A stretch of DNA of 64,000 bases from Pyrodictiaceae archaeon (lineage in GTDB: Archaea; Thermoproteota; Thermoprotei_A; Sulfolobales; Pyrodictiaceae): positions 1 through 64,000 of the forward strand of contig JALVSY010000016.1 in NCBI GenBank assembly GCA_027036135.1, written 5' to 3'. How positions within the stretch are numbered: the first letter of the stretch is position 1; each line of letters starts with the position of its first letter. Positions 45,610 to 55,169 of this stretch are shown here, in pieces. The notes below the pieces were generated by a model, which was given only the letters and a program-made list of their open reading frames with translations, searched no databases and was not told the DNA's origin. Made by a program: the position numbers and the translations under genes.

Positions 45610-48600
45610 GTGACTCGATCCAAGAAGGGAGCTAGCAGGACTATAGCAAGCCTAAGGGCGCTAGGCTACGAGGTTGTATTCTGGGAGGAAGAGGGCGAAG
45701 AACCCGAGCAGGTCGATACAACGTTTTCCGAGGTAGTGCCGGAGCTGGTAGGTCACGAGAAGGCAAATTTCCGCCTCTACCGTCACCAGTTCGAGACGCT
45801 CCATGCCCTCGAGAAAGGATACAATGTGATACTGACAGCGCGCACCGGATCCGGGAAGACTGAGGCATGGGCCCTCGCCGCTCTTCGAAACAATTGGCGA
45901 GTACTCGCCATTTATCCAACCCTGGCGCTTGCAGCAGACCAGATTAAGAGGCTTGAGAGCTACTACGAGGGAACAGGTAAGGGGAAAGTTATCAGAGTTG
46001 ATAGACCAAGTCTCGGAAAAAAGCAAGGTGATAAGCTACTAAAGGAACTTGCTACTACGCGCCTCGTGGTAACTAACCCTGCCTTCTTGTTAGCAGAGCT
46101 AAAAAGAATGGCTCTTGCGCCCAACCGGGCCATCTTGGAGGATTTCCTGGCAAGCATAGACCTGGTAGTGGTGGACGAACTAGACTTCTATGGTCCTCGT
46201 AGCGCGCACCTCATACTAGCAATGCTAGATATAATTTCCAAGTATATAGCCGCAGGGCCTCCACGCGTAGTAATATTGTCCGCGACACTTGGCAACCCAG
46301 ATGAACTAGCGTCACTCTTGACAAAAATTACTGGCAGAGAGACAAGGATCATACAAGGTAAGCCGTTCAAGACACCTAATCGCACCATAATAGTGCTTGG
46401 TAAGGGTGTTGACGCGCTCCTCAATTACATAAAAGCATACTCAAGCATAATAGCATCGAGGGCTAAGTGGATACTCGATATAGCTTATGATGAGGAAGAG
46501 TTTCGCGAACACATCTACGAGATCTACGAAGCACTCGAGGCCATAGGTCTTAGGCCTCCAAGGCCGGGAATGGATCATGTCGAAGTACTTCGCGCTATCC
46601 TTGAGTCGGCGGAGGAGGGTATGGTCACACTAGTATTTACGCGGAGCATAAGGATGGCGGAGAAACTATACCGCTCGCTACTTGAGCGCCTCCCACCAGG
46701 TAAGAGGGAGAAGGTGAGAGTACATCATCACCTTGTCTCGAAGAGCCTTAGGGAGCGCATAGAGGACGAGGCACGTAGCGGAAAGATACAGATGATAATA
46801 ACTGTGAGGACTCTTGCCCAGGGAATAGACATAGGTAATGTAAACCGAGTAGTCCACGTTGGTCTACCAATAGATCTACGCGAGTATATGCAGAGAGAGG
46901 GTAGAAAGGGTAGGCGCAAAGACATAGGGGTCTCTGAGACAGTGATTATCCCATCTGGTCTCTGGGACAGAAAGCTCCTCGAGGCAGGTAGCTCTGCTCT
47001 AAGAGAGTGGGTAAGCCTTCACCTAGAGAAACTCTACATTAACCCGGAGAACACTTATGCAGCTATATTCAAAGCCCTATGGAAGCTGCTACGAGGAGTA
47101 CAGCTAGGAAGAGACGAGGTAGAAGCACTTGAGCGTTTCCGCCTCGTAGAGACATATTCTACCCTTGCTGGCGAGCGGCTAGGGCTCAGCGATAAAGGGA
47201 GAAGATTCTGGAACGACATAGGTTTTTACGAGCATGGCCCGCCCTATGGTTATCGCAAGGTACTGATTCGACACGGCGAGGAAAAGCTGCTTCGTGGCGA
47301 GGAGGTTTCTCACCGAGATGCTGTAGAGAAGTATCAGCCCGGCGTCTATGATGCTATGACAGAGGCTCTTGTTGTACGCATCGAGCCACGAGCGCTCCGA
47401 GTATATGAGGAGTACCCCGAGGAGGCTATTGAGGAGTATGAATGGCTTACCCGGGCCTACTATCGCTACGAGGATGTAAAGAAAGCATGGGGGGAACGAC
47501 CATCGTTCAGCGATGACTTGCGCTATGGAAGGATAGGAACCTATGTACTGCTAAACGTTCAGGCACCATTAAATGGCTTCGGAGAGCTAGTAGAGGAGCC
47601 CGTTGACGTTGAGTGGCTCGTTGAGAGTCGCCGTCCAAGGCTCTCGTCTTCTCGTGGCTCGGTAAGAGTATACCATGAAATGGCATCCATAGAGCTCAAT
47701 GCACCCGTTGCTGGAAGGTACCGCGACTATACATATGGCTATGTATTCGAGGCGCCGGGTGATATCTCTGCCGAGGATATAAGGCTCGGACTAGCAGTTC
47801 TCATAGTGTATTTGAGGCTCAGCAAGGAGTACGCTATACCCCTAGGCCTCTTATCTTATCGTGTTGTTAGCGCGGGTTCCATGAAGCTGATCCACCTATG
47901 GGAGAGGGAGGCAGCTGGCCTGCTAGCTAGGATAGATTGGCTAAGCGTTGCACGTGACGTTGAAGAGGCGAGGCTTCCCGGCATTAGCATCCCTCTTGTA
48001 GCGGCAATAGATCCTGTGTCAGCACTGAGGCTTATGAGGGGCGAAGTATCATTGCGGCAAGCGACACGGCTAGCAGCGAGGGTTGCACGCATTCTCGCGG
48101 GTAGCCTAAGAGCCAGGATCAAAGGCCTCGAGATAGAGTATCCCAGGCCGAGTCCAAGACATGGGCTAGCAGCGATATATGCACTATACGAGACCCTAAG
48201 CACCGAAAAGGGCAGCTACGTGGTAACAGCGCTCGCGAGCTACGATGGAGACAAGGTAGAGACAGCGAGTCTCTCAGCACCTTTATCCCTAGATGCCTCC
48301 TCAAAGATATCTCAGATCGTCTTAAGTCACCTAGACAAGCTCCTTAGTAGGAAGATGCGCATAGGCTACTATGGTAGCGAGCAGCGCAACTTACTGCTAA
48401 GACTACTATCGGCAAGCTATAGCGGGGTAATGGTGCTTCGCGGCGCCGAGGCAGAGGGACTACTAGTTGATGTAGCGCAGCTAGCAGGCGAGAAACTAGG
48501 CGATACACCAATCCTCACTTACCTAGAGCCAGGTATTAGGAAGGCGCTTGAGAAAGTAACACGGGCGAAAACCCGTAGAGACATAAACGTCCTCGAGGAA

Positions 48601-48696
48601 GCCTTCCGCGAAGCAGCATCACTAATGGCCAAGGCTATCTACAAGCTATTCCTCGCCCTAGAGAAAGGAGTCATAAGGACTAGCAGAGAAGAGTAA
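45610..48696 (+). CDS. large SF2 DEAD/DEAH-box helicase (MrfA/Hrq1-like core) with long C-terminal extension
   Basis: RTGSGKT, YPTLALA.DQ, VDELD, LSAT, GIDIG, QREGRKGR. Confidence 0.88.
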   Translation: MTRSKKGASRTIASLRALGYEVVFWEEEGEEPEQVDTTFSEVVPELVGHEKANFRLYRHQFETLHALEKGYNVILTARTGSGKTEAWALAALRNNWRVLAIYPTLALAADQIKRLESYYEGTGKGKVIRVDRPSLGKKQGDKLLKELATTRLVVTNPAFLLAELKRMALAPNRAILEDFLASIDLVVVDELDFYGPRSAHLILAMLDIISKYIAAGPPRVVILSATLGNPDELASLLTKITGRETRIIQGKPFKTPNRTIIVLGKGVDALLNYIKAYSSIIASRAKWILDIAYDEEEFREHIYEIYEALEAIGLRPPRPGMDHVEVLRAILESAEEGMVTLVFTRSIRMAEKLYRSLLERLPPGKREKVRVHHHLVSKSLRERIEDEARSGKIQMIITVRTLAQGIDIGNVNRVVHVGLPIDLREYMQREGRKGRRKDIGVSETVIIPSGLWDRKLLEAGSSALREWVSLHLEKLYINPENTYAAIFKALWKLLRGVQLGRDEVEALERFRLVETYSTLAGERLGLSDKGRRFWNDIGFYEHGPPYGYRKVLIRHGEEKLLRGEEVSHRDAVEKYQPGVYDAMTEALVVRIEPRALRVYEEYPEEAIEEYEWLTRAYYRYEDVKKAWGERPSFSDDLRYGRIGTYVLLNVQAPLNGFGELVEEPVDVEWLVESRRPRLSSSRGSVRVYHEMASIELNAPVAGRYRDYTYGYVFEAPGDISAEDIRLGLAVLIVYLRLSKEYAIPLGLLSYRVVSAGSMKLIHLWEREAAGLLARIDWLSVARDVEEARLPGISIPLVAAIDPVSALRLMRGEVSLRQATRLAARVARILAGSLRARIKGLEIEYPRPSPRHGLAAIYALYETLSTEKGSYVVTALASYDGDKVETASLSAPLSLDASSKISQIVLSHLDKLLSRKMRIGYYGSEQRNLLLRLLSASYSGVMVLRGAEAEGLLVDVAQLAGEKLGDTPILTYLEPGIRKALEKVTRAKTRRDINVLEEAFREAASLMAKAIYKLFLALEKGVIRTSREE

Positions 48697-49579
48697 CCGA
48701 GTCACCTATAACCAAGGACTCGAATAAGCGACGTGCCAGCGCGTTAACAACTATATCAGCTATAGCACCGGGGCCTGCCTCGCCTAGTTCCTCGTAGAGC
48801 CTCCTAACAGCTCCCTCATCTCCCTGGTAGGCTTGTAGCCATAACTCCCTGTAACTTCTTCCCTTTTTCCTCTTCAGCAAGAAGTCGTCCAGCATCCATG
48901 CAAGCAGATACGTTGTCTTCTCAACTCCCGCAGCTAAGCACTGTGTCTCCCTTAGTACAGGTAAGGCTACGCCGAGGCTGAACTCCATCAGCCTAGCAGC
49001 ATCGCGTAGAACAACGTCGTATAGAGACGCGGCCTCTGCGAGGCTGTCGAGCCCTATGCTGATAGAGACTTGTTTCTGTGATGCATCTGGTAACCCAGCC
49101 CAGGATAACCGACCAAGATAGCTAGGCCTAAGCATGTACAACGCGTCATAGAAGTACTTAGCTCCCCTAGGCCCACACAGTCCTAGCAGAGTTCTCGTAG
49201 CGCCCATAACGTGCTCTAAGCCTGGCTCTCTCAGCTTCTCGTAGGAGTACCCAAGACCAGCAGCCTGCAAGGACAGCAGAAGCAGGGAGCCTAGTCCAGG
49301 GTTCCCCCATCTACGCATGGAGCGTACTGCGCGAAACCAGCATCCGCACCAATCACTGCGGTTCTCGTGAGCAGCCCTTGCGCCGTCTCTGCAGCTGCAG
49401 AGACAAGCCTCGTAAGCCAGCGGCGCTAGCGCGGCAAAACCTAAGGGGTCTAGGTCCTTACGGGGCTTCTCGAAGCTAGATAACCCGGGCCTAGGAACAG
49501 CTGCATCCACTATCACGGCCATGCTGCAGGCGTGTGCAAAAGCCTTACAAGTATTGAGTTGTCTTACTTTCTCTCCCAG
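48680..49579 (-). CDS. CitG-like (triphosphoribosyl-dephospho-CoA synthase family) protein; probable CTG start at 49579 (first ATG at 49522)
   Basis: AVPRPG, NPGLGSLLL, PGAIADI resemble divergent CitG motifs; SD GGTGGTGA 6 nt upstream of the CTG. Confidence 0.65.
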   Translation of the reverse strand: MGEKVRQLNTCKAFAHACSMAVIVDAAVPRPGLSSFEKPRKDLDPLGFAALAPLAYEACLCSCRDGARAAHENRSDWCGCWFRAVRSMRRWGNPGLGSLLLLSLQAAGLGYSYEKLREPGLEHVMGATRTLLGLCGPRGAKYFYDALYMLRPSYLGRLSWAGLPDASQKQVSISIGLDSLAEAASLYDVVLRDAARLMEFSLGVALPVLRETQCLAAGVEKTTYLLAWMLDDFLLKRKKGRSYRELWLQAYQGDEGAVRRLYEELGEAGPGAIADIVVNALARRLFESLVIGDSVTLLC

Positions 49580-51246
49580 ACGAGTTCACCACCAACTATT
49601 GTTGCATTAACTTGTATCCTGGGCAAATGCTCTGCATCAACACCCAGGGGATCGTCTGAGAGGAACACTATGTCGCCGTAACAGCCTGGCTCAAGGCACC
49701 CAGCCCTGGGCTCACCGAGCACTTGGGCCGAGCCAATAGTATAGAGATGCAACGCTGTCTCAACATCAAGTGCCTCGTCACTACTATAAGCTAGTAGTGC
49801 TCCCCGCGTAACAGCTGCGTATACGCCTTCGAGCGGGTTAATGGGCTCCACGGGAGCATCGCTAGAAAAACCAAGCAGTACTCCCTTTGAGAGCATGGTG
49901 CGGAAGGGGTAAAGCCACCTAGCTCTCTCAGCTCCAAGCCTATCGGCAGCCCACCAGTCGCTAACCAGGAACCTGGGCTGAGCAGCAACCCTCACACCAA
50001 GTACAGCCAGCTTCTCAATAATGTCCCTCGGTGCAAGACTAGCGTGCTCTATACGACACCTGCAACCAGCCATCTCGTAGCCGCGGAGAGCCTCGAGAAT
50101 CGCCGCATCACCTATAGCATGGGCGGCAACGTCTAATCGCCACTCTCTAGCCTTCCTAGCTAGGGAATAGACCTCCTCTGCTCTTAACAGCTGTCTCCCA
50201 AAGTTATGCTCGTCATCGCTATAGGGTTGGCGAAGCCATGCAGTCCTGGCCCCGAGGCTACCATCCATGTATATCTTTACGCCTGTTATGCGGAAACGTG
50301 CGCCGCCAAACGAGGGAACGAAGCCAGCCTCGTAGAGTTTCTCGAAAAGACCTCTAGACAAATAAACACGCAGCCTCGGAGCCATTAACCCACTATGCCA
50401 GGCCATTAGCAGGCCCCTCAGCGCATGCTCCTCAACATCCATAGCGCCAGCCATCGTCACCCCATTTCGAATAATCTCGTTCATACCCTCAACAACTAGC
50501 CTAAGCGCATCAAGACTACGAACAGCCTCATGATAAGCCCGCTCAGCAAGCTCCTCATATACTATCCCAGTAGGCTCATCATTGCACCCCCTATCAACTA
50601 GGGGGGAATCAATTCCAAGATACCCAAGAATCTCCATAGCACGTGTATTCAGGACAGCCGCGTGGCCACATACACGCATAAGCACGATAGGCTTGTCGGG
50701 GACAACCTCATCAAGGTCGAACCTAGTAGGCCATGTACCAAGCTTGTCCTGGTCCCAGCCACGCCCAATAACCCAGCCATTAAACCTCCTAGCGCCCTGG
50801 GCAACACGTCTCAGCATCTCTTCAAGACTCTCAACATCGTTTAGCTTAATAGAGTACTTGTAAACACCTATGCCTTGTACGTGAAGATGTGCATCAACAA
50901 ACCCAGGAACACCGATACTATCGAACTCCATTACACGTGGTCTACCGCAGCCGATGGATTGTGCAAGACTCCTACCTATTCTTGCAGCCTCGGTAGCGTC
51001 GCCGGCATAGATGACATAGTCGCCGAGCACAGTGATGGCCTCAGCAAACCTGGTTGGGCGAAATGATGTATAGATTCTCGGTGCTTTAATAACAACAGGG
51101 CACTCGGCAACCAAGCATATAGCCCCACTAATAGATACTATGACAACCCCATATTTTATAACTAAAACGTGGCACTCTGTAAATTGTAAAGCTCCTGGGT
51201 TAGAGCCTAGGCGCCGATATAAGGGGGTAAGTACTGCGCTAATCAT
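49564..51246 (-). CDS. YtcJ-like amidohydrolase (Amidohydro_3); true start probably further downstream
   Basis: PGFVDAHLH, DGSLGARTA, HAIGD, RIEHA, SSDAP. Confidence 0.92.
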   Translation of the reverse strand: MISAVLTPLYRRLGSNPGALQFTECHVLVIKYGVVIVSISGAICLVAECPVVIKAPRIYTSFRPTRFAEAITVLGDYVIYAGDATEAARIGRSLAQSIGCGRPRVMEFDSIGVPGFVDAHLHVQGIGVYKYSIKLNDVESLEEMLRRVAQGARRFNGWVIGRGWDQDKLGTWPTRFDLDEVVPDKPIVLMRVCGHAAVLNTRAMEILGYLGIDSPLVDRGCNDEPTGIVYEELAERAYHEAVRSLDALRLVVEGMNEIIRNGVTMAGAMDVEEHALRGLLMAWHSGLMAPRLRVYLSRGLFEKLYEAGFVPSFGGARFRITGVKIYMDGSLGARTAWLRQPYSDDEHNFGRQLLRAEEVYSLARKAREWRLDVAAHAIGDAAILEALRGYEMAGCRCRIEHASLAPRDIIEKLAVLGVRVAAQPRFLVSDWWAADRLGAERARWLYPFRTMLSKGVLLGFSSDAPVEPINPLEGVYAAVTRGALLAYSSDEALDVETALHLYTIGSAQVLGEPRAGCLEPGCYGDIVFLSDDPLGVDAEHLPRIQVNATIVGGELVWERK

Positions 51247-51294
51247 TACTCGGTAACTTGAGGACTCAGTACCAATAAATCAAAGTCGCGGTGC

Positions 51295-52347
51295 TTGCCA
51301 TTGCCGCTCTGTATAAGATGTGGTAGAGAAGTACACTACTTGGTTGACGGGCGTTTATGCCCAGAGTGCTATCTAGAACTTTATGGTTTTGGTAAGGCGC
51401 CAAGTGAGATAACAGTAACAATATGTCCTCGTTGCGGGAGCTATAGGTTCCAAGGGAACTGGTACCCCTCTCCCGGCGGGATTGAGGATGTTGTAGCTCT
51501 CGTGTTCCAAGCTGCATTTAAGCCAACAGAGCATACAGAGTACTATCGAGTAAGCAGGGTAGAGATAGACTATGAGAACAATAAGGCGATAGTCACTGTT
51601 ACTGGGAAGCTGAGGGGCGATACAAAGGAGAGATCAGCGACGTATGTCACGCGGCTCATAATAAAGAAGCAATTATGCCCAACCTGTCTAAGAAAAGCCT
51701 CTGGGGCGCCATCAGCTATAATACAAGTTAGGAGCTATTACGGGAAACTAGGCGAAGAAGAACGACTAGCTGTTGAAGATCTGCTAGGAAGCCTTGATAC
51801 AGGTCTACAAGACGCGATAATATCAACTAGCGAGCTCCGCGAAGGCATTGACATAAACCTACTAGACCATAACGCGGCTCGAGTCATAGCAAATAGATTT
51901 AGAAGCCGACTAGGCGCCCTTATCAAGGAGAGCCATAAGCTAATAACGCAGCGCCGAGACGGGAGAAAAGTAACGAGACTCACACTCTCAGTCCGGCTTC
52001 CCTTCTTCGCACCTGGGTCACTAGTTGACTATAAGGGCTCACTTGCAAGAATAGAAGACATAGACAAAGGATACGTGCTACTAAGACCGCTAGGAACTAA
52101 GAAACTGCGCAGACTCAGAGTAGAAGAAGCATGGCGCGTTCTCAGCGAGCCAAAAGAGCTAGAGAAAACCAATGTGGTAGTAACAGCGCTTGAGCCTGGA
52201 TGGGTACATGTACAAGAACTCAGCGGCGCCTATAACTATCTAGAGCTACCACGCTCAGATATCATACTGGAGGGTGATGTTAGGCCGGGAAAAGATGCGC
52301 TCCTCATAAAATTCCGGGACAAGTACTATATAATCCCACGTGACTAA
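51295..52347 (+). CDS. NMD3-family ribosome-associated protein
   Basis: CIRCG, CPECY, CPRCG, CPTC; AIIQVR. Confidence 0.88.
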   Translation: MPLPLCIRCGREVHYLVDGRLCPECYLELYGFGKAPSEITVTICPRCGSYRFQGNWYPSPGGIEDVVALVFQAAFKPTEHTEYYRVSRVEIDYENNKAIVTVTGKLRGDTKERSATYVTRLIIKKQLCPTCLRKASGAPSAIIQVRSYYGKLGEEERLAVEDLLGSLDTGLQDAIISTSELREGIDINLLDHNAARVIANRFRSRLGALIKESHKLITQRRDGRKVTRLTLSVRLPFFAPGSLVDYKGSLARIEDIDKGYVLLRPLGTKKLRRLRVEEAWRVLSEPKELEKTNVVVTALEPGWVHVQELSGAYNYLELPRSDIILEGDVRPGKDALLIKFRDKYYIIPRD

Positions 52348-52392
52348 ATAAAACCCTCAGCTAGAGGGACATAATTCACGCTAACCCACGAG

Positions 52393-52734
52393 CTACATAA
52401 CGCCGTGAACTTCTCGTATCCTCTGCCTCTCCTCCTCAAGCTTCTGGAGCACTCTCTGAACCTTCTCCTGAGGCAGCTCCTCCTCCCTATCCCTCCTATC
52501 ATCAATAGTCACCAACGTAACTATCCTCGTCACACCCATGCTATAGAGCTCGTCGTGAATCTTCCGAACAATGACCCCGATCTCGCTTAGGTCACGTACC
52601 TGGACAACAGTATTATCAGGGGTAACAATGGGCTTATACCCATTCTCCTCGAGCAGGGCAACGACCCGCGCAATATACCTGGAAAGGCTTGTACCAACAC
52701 CAACTGGTATAACCTTTATAGAAACCGTTGGCAA
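52393..52734 (-). CDS. MTH1187/YkoF thiamine-binding family protein
   Basis: VIPVGVGTSLSRYIA, IDDRRD. Confidence 0.85.
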   Translation of the reverse strand: MPTVSIKVIPVGVGTSLSRYIARVVALLEENGYKPIVTPDNTVVQVRDLSEIGVIVRKIHDELYSMGVTRIVTLVTIDDRRDREEELPQEKVQRVLQKLEEERQRIREVHGVM

Positions 52735-53021
52735 CCAGGAACCCCGAATACTATAATTAGGATAACAACCCCGGCTAAAAAGAAGACCCTGGACAATGCT
52801 TAAGAAGTATTCTTATAGACAGGTGGCACCATCACCTCCGTAAACATAAATATAGATAATCTAGCCGATACTGGATAAATGTAGTGGTGTCCCATGCTGA
52901 CTACAGCCGAGGCCGAGCCCCTCCGAGGAGAGGGGATATGCGGTACAACACCTAGGCTGAGCTTCTCTCCCTCCTTCTGTAGAAGGGCCTGAGAGCAGGA
53001 GAGCTGGGCAGCAAATCCAGC

Positions 53022-53579
53022 GTGCTCGGAGACGTAAAGGTTCTTGCCGCAGAGGTGGCGGATAACAAGCGCCTACTAGCAATGATGCTCTACCTCTCCA
53101 CGGGCGCGAAGGCGGTCAAGGATGTCGTGAGCCTAAGGGTCTACGAGGCTGGGAAGGTAAGGGTCAAGAAAAGGGTCAAGGAGCGGGTCGAGAAGCCCTG
53201 GGGCACCACCTACGACGATGTAGAGAAAGAGGTTCTAGAGGAACAGTGGAGCTACTACCCGTTGCCCCAGTCCACGGCTTATCGCATACTGAAGAGGCTT
53301 AGGGAGCTAGGCCTGGTAGAGGCCTATAGGGGGCTCGATTACCGTAAGCGCTACTATAAGCTCACAGAGCTCGGTAGAAACGTGGCGGAGAAACTTAAGG
53401 AGCTCCTCATAGAGAAGCTGAAGACAGTCGCTCGCATAGAGAACGGCAAGTACCTAGTAACAGAGAATAAAATAGAGGAGACAATAAGGCTCGAGGCCAG
53501 CCTCGTAGCCGAGGCCCTAGGCTTGAGGAAGGGTGAGACCTATGGCAAGACATACTACGTGGTACCGAAGAAGGTTTAA
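53022..53579 (+). CDS. winged-helix DNA-binding protein (MarR/PadR-like)
   Basis: PQSTAYRILKRLRELGLVE..RKRYYKLTELG. Confidence 0.8.
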   Translation: MLGDVKVLAAEVADNKRLLAMMLYLSTGAKAVKDVVSLRVYEAGKVRVKKRVKERVEKPWGTTYDDVEKEVLEEQWSYYPLPQSTAYRILKRLRELGLVEAYRGLDYRKRYYKLTELGRNVAEKLKELLIEKLKTVARIENGKYLVTENKIEETIRLEASLVAEALGLRKGETYGKTYYVVPKKV

Positions 53580-53820
53580 CAATAAGCCGCGTTTGCCCCC
53601 AGTGACTCGCTGCGAGCTCTGCGGTAGGAGCTTGTTGTGCAGGGAGCGCTACCACGTAAAACTAGTGCTCAAGAGAGGCCCGCTCAAGGGCACCGTGTTC
53701 AAAACTCTCCATGTCTGCAAAGAATGCTTAGCAAGGATTAGGGCGGATAAAGAGATAGCGAAAAAGTTCAAGCTGAGGTACTACAAGATGAAGATGCTAT
53801 GTCCCCGTGGCCTCGCCTAG
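53542..53820 (+). CDS. basic C4 zinc-finger protein
   Basis: RCELCG...VCKEC; ATG at 53542 overlaps the preceding gene. Confidence 0.6.
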   Translation: MARHTTWYRRRFNNKPRLPPVTRCELCGRSLLCRERYHVKLVLKRGPLKGTVFKTLHVCKECLARIRADKEIAKKFKLRYYKMKMLCPRGLA

Positions 53821-54123
53821 GTGTTGCTCGGCCTGCTTCTCCACAACTTTCCTAAGGGTGTCGTATGCCGCCTTGTACCATCCATCTATCTCCCATGATG
53901 TGAACCTATACTCGGCCTCTACCTCGCTTAGCCAGTCAGCTATTATGTCGACCAGCTTGTCGTCCACGAGCCCCGCCTTCTTAGCCTCGTAGAGTAGCTG
54001 CAACACCTTGCTCAAAGCCTCGTATGCCGCCTTCGCCTCGACATAGGCCAATACCCTGGGAACAAAATCTGGGTCCACGCTCCTACCAGCCACGAGATCA
54101 AATACATGAACCCACTCCACCAC
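53797..54123 (-). CDS. hypothetical helical protein (element-borne)
   Basis: 108 aa ORF, SD GAGGGGTG. Confidence 0.6.
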   Translation of the reverse strand: MVEWVHVFDLVAGRSVDPDFVPRVLAYVEAKAAYEALSKVLQLLYEAKKAGLVDDKLVDIIADWLSEVEAEYRFTSWEIDGWYKAAYDTLRKVVEKQAEQHLGEATGT

Positions 54124-54148
54124 AAACCACCCCTCTGGCTGGTTCTCC

Positions 54149-54185
54149 GATTCTGTTCAGAATCTGAGCAGACTCAGATATAAAG
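54149..54185. promoter_or_regulatory. overlapping inverted repeats next to a TATA box between divergent genes (operator candidate)
   Basis: GATTCTG-TT-CAGAATC (54149-64) and ATCTGAG-CAGA-CTCAGAT (54162-79), then ATATAAAG. Confidence 0.45.
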
Positions 54186-54226
54186 CTTTCTTCCCTTACT
54201 CTACTCTGAAGCTGGGTAGAATAACC

Positions 54227-54400
54227 TTGGCGGGTGTTGTGAGGCTAAGAGCTAAGCAGACTAAACCAGGATATCATAGCTACGAGATTACCCTGCCAAA
54301 AGACCTTGTAGAGCTCCTAGGCTGGCAGCAAGGAGACAAACTAGTAGTCGAGCTCCACGAGAAGAGTGGCAAGAAGGGATTATTCATCTACAAGCCCTAG
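54227..54400 (+). CDS. AbrB/MazE/SpoVT-type DNA-binding protein (57 aa, not in the ORF track)
   Basis: MAGVVRLRAKQTKPGYHSYEITLPKDLVELLGWQQGDKLVVELHEKSGKKGLFIYKP. Confidence 0.8.
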   Translation: MAGVVRLRAKQTKPGYHSYEITLPKDLVELLGWQQGDKLVVELHEKSGKKGLFIYKP

Positions 54401-54407
54401 GAAGGGC

Positions 54408-54484
54408 GGCCCGCGGGGATGATGAGCGCGGCAGGATCGGATCCGTGAAGAGCGGACTTAACGCTGACCCTGAGCCCGCGGGCC
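54408..54484 (+). ncRNA. box C/D guide sRNA with predicted 16S rRNA targets
   Basis: 10-bp terminal stem; C ATGATGA 54419, D' CGGA 54438, C' GTGAAGA 54445, D CTGA 54464; two 12-nt guides containing CGGCAGGAT and CGGACTTAAC. Confidence 0.85.
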
Positions 54485-54602
54485 ATTTAGTATGGGTAAT
54501 GGCACAGTCGCGGATAAGCTTACCGCTGCGTAGGGACCAGCGAGCCAAGAGATAAACTAGTAGCTGAGAACGTGGATTATCTCCTATACGCGGAGTTGGG
54601 CC

Positions 54603-54797
54603 GTGGATGCTACTGTGCTCCCCCGAGCAGCTAGAGAGCTACGAGAAAAACACAACGACATAGCCAGGCTATTCTACAAAGCCCACCTCGAGGGCAGAGG
54701 CGATAAGGCATCCATGATCCTCGCAGACTGGCTACTAGGCGAAATAGACAAGAAGGAAGCACTAAGAAAACTAAAACAACTCCTAGGAGAAGAATAG
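54603..54797 (+). CDS. hypothetical small protein (element-borne)
   Basis: 64 aa helical ORF. Confidence 0.55.
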   Translation: MDATVLPRAARELREKHNDIARLFYKAHLEGRGDKASMILADWLLGEIDKKEALRKLKQLLGEE

Positions 54798-54821
54798 AAA
54801 CAATAAGCTAGCCCATTGTTA

Positions 54822-54890
54822 TATAGAGGCCAACTAGTCCTCTATAGAGGGGTATGGATTCTTCTTGGAGAGCTCTATAGCCTTATATAT
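54822..54890. promoter_or_regulatory. repeated CTCTATAG/TATAGAGG sites upstream of the RHH gene (operator candidate)
   Basis: TATAGAGG 54822-29, perfect palindrome CCTCTATAGAGG 54839-50, CTCTATAG 54873-80, then TTATATAT. Confidence 0.45.
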
Positions 54891-54899
54891 GGGTAGTGG

Positions 54900-55169
54900 G
54901 TGGTGCCTTCCTACTACAAGGGTAGGCGTAGCTACTGTTTCTGGGTGGACGAGGACCTGTTCATAGAGCTGGATAGGGTTGTCGAGGAGATGGGCTACAG
55001 GAGCCTATCCGAGTTCTACAGGGAGCTAACCAGGGAGATTGTAGCGAGCTACAAGGCAGTACGTAAATTTGGCCTCAGGGGCCAGGAAGCCAAGCCATTC
55101 GTATTCGAGTACGTGAAGGAGAAGCTACTAGGCATGCTCAAGGCAAAGAAGAGGAGAACACAGCGCTAA
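54900..55169 (+). CDS. ribbon-helix-helix (CopG-like) protein
   Basis: SYCFWVDEDLFIELDRVVEEMGYRSLSEFYREL. Confidence 0.8.
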   Translation: MVPSYYKGRRSYCFWVDEDLFIELDRVVEEMGYRSLSEFYRELTREIVASYKAVRKFGLRGQEAKPFVFEYVKEKLLGMLKAKKRRTQR

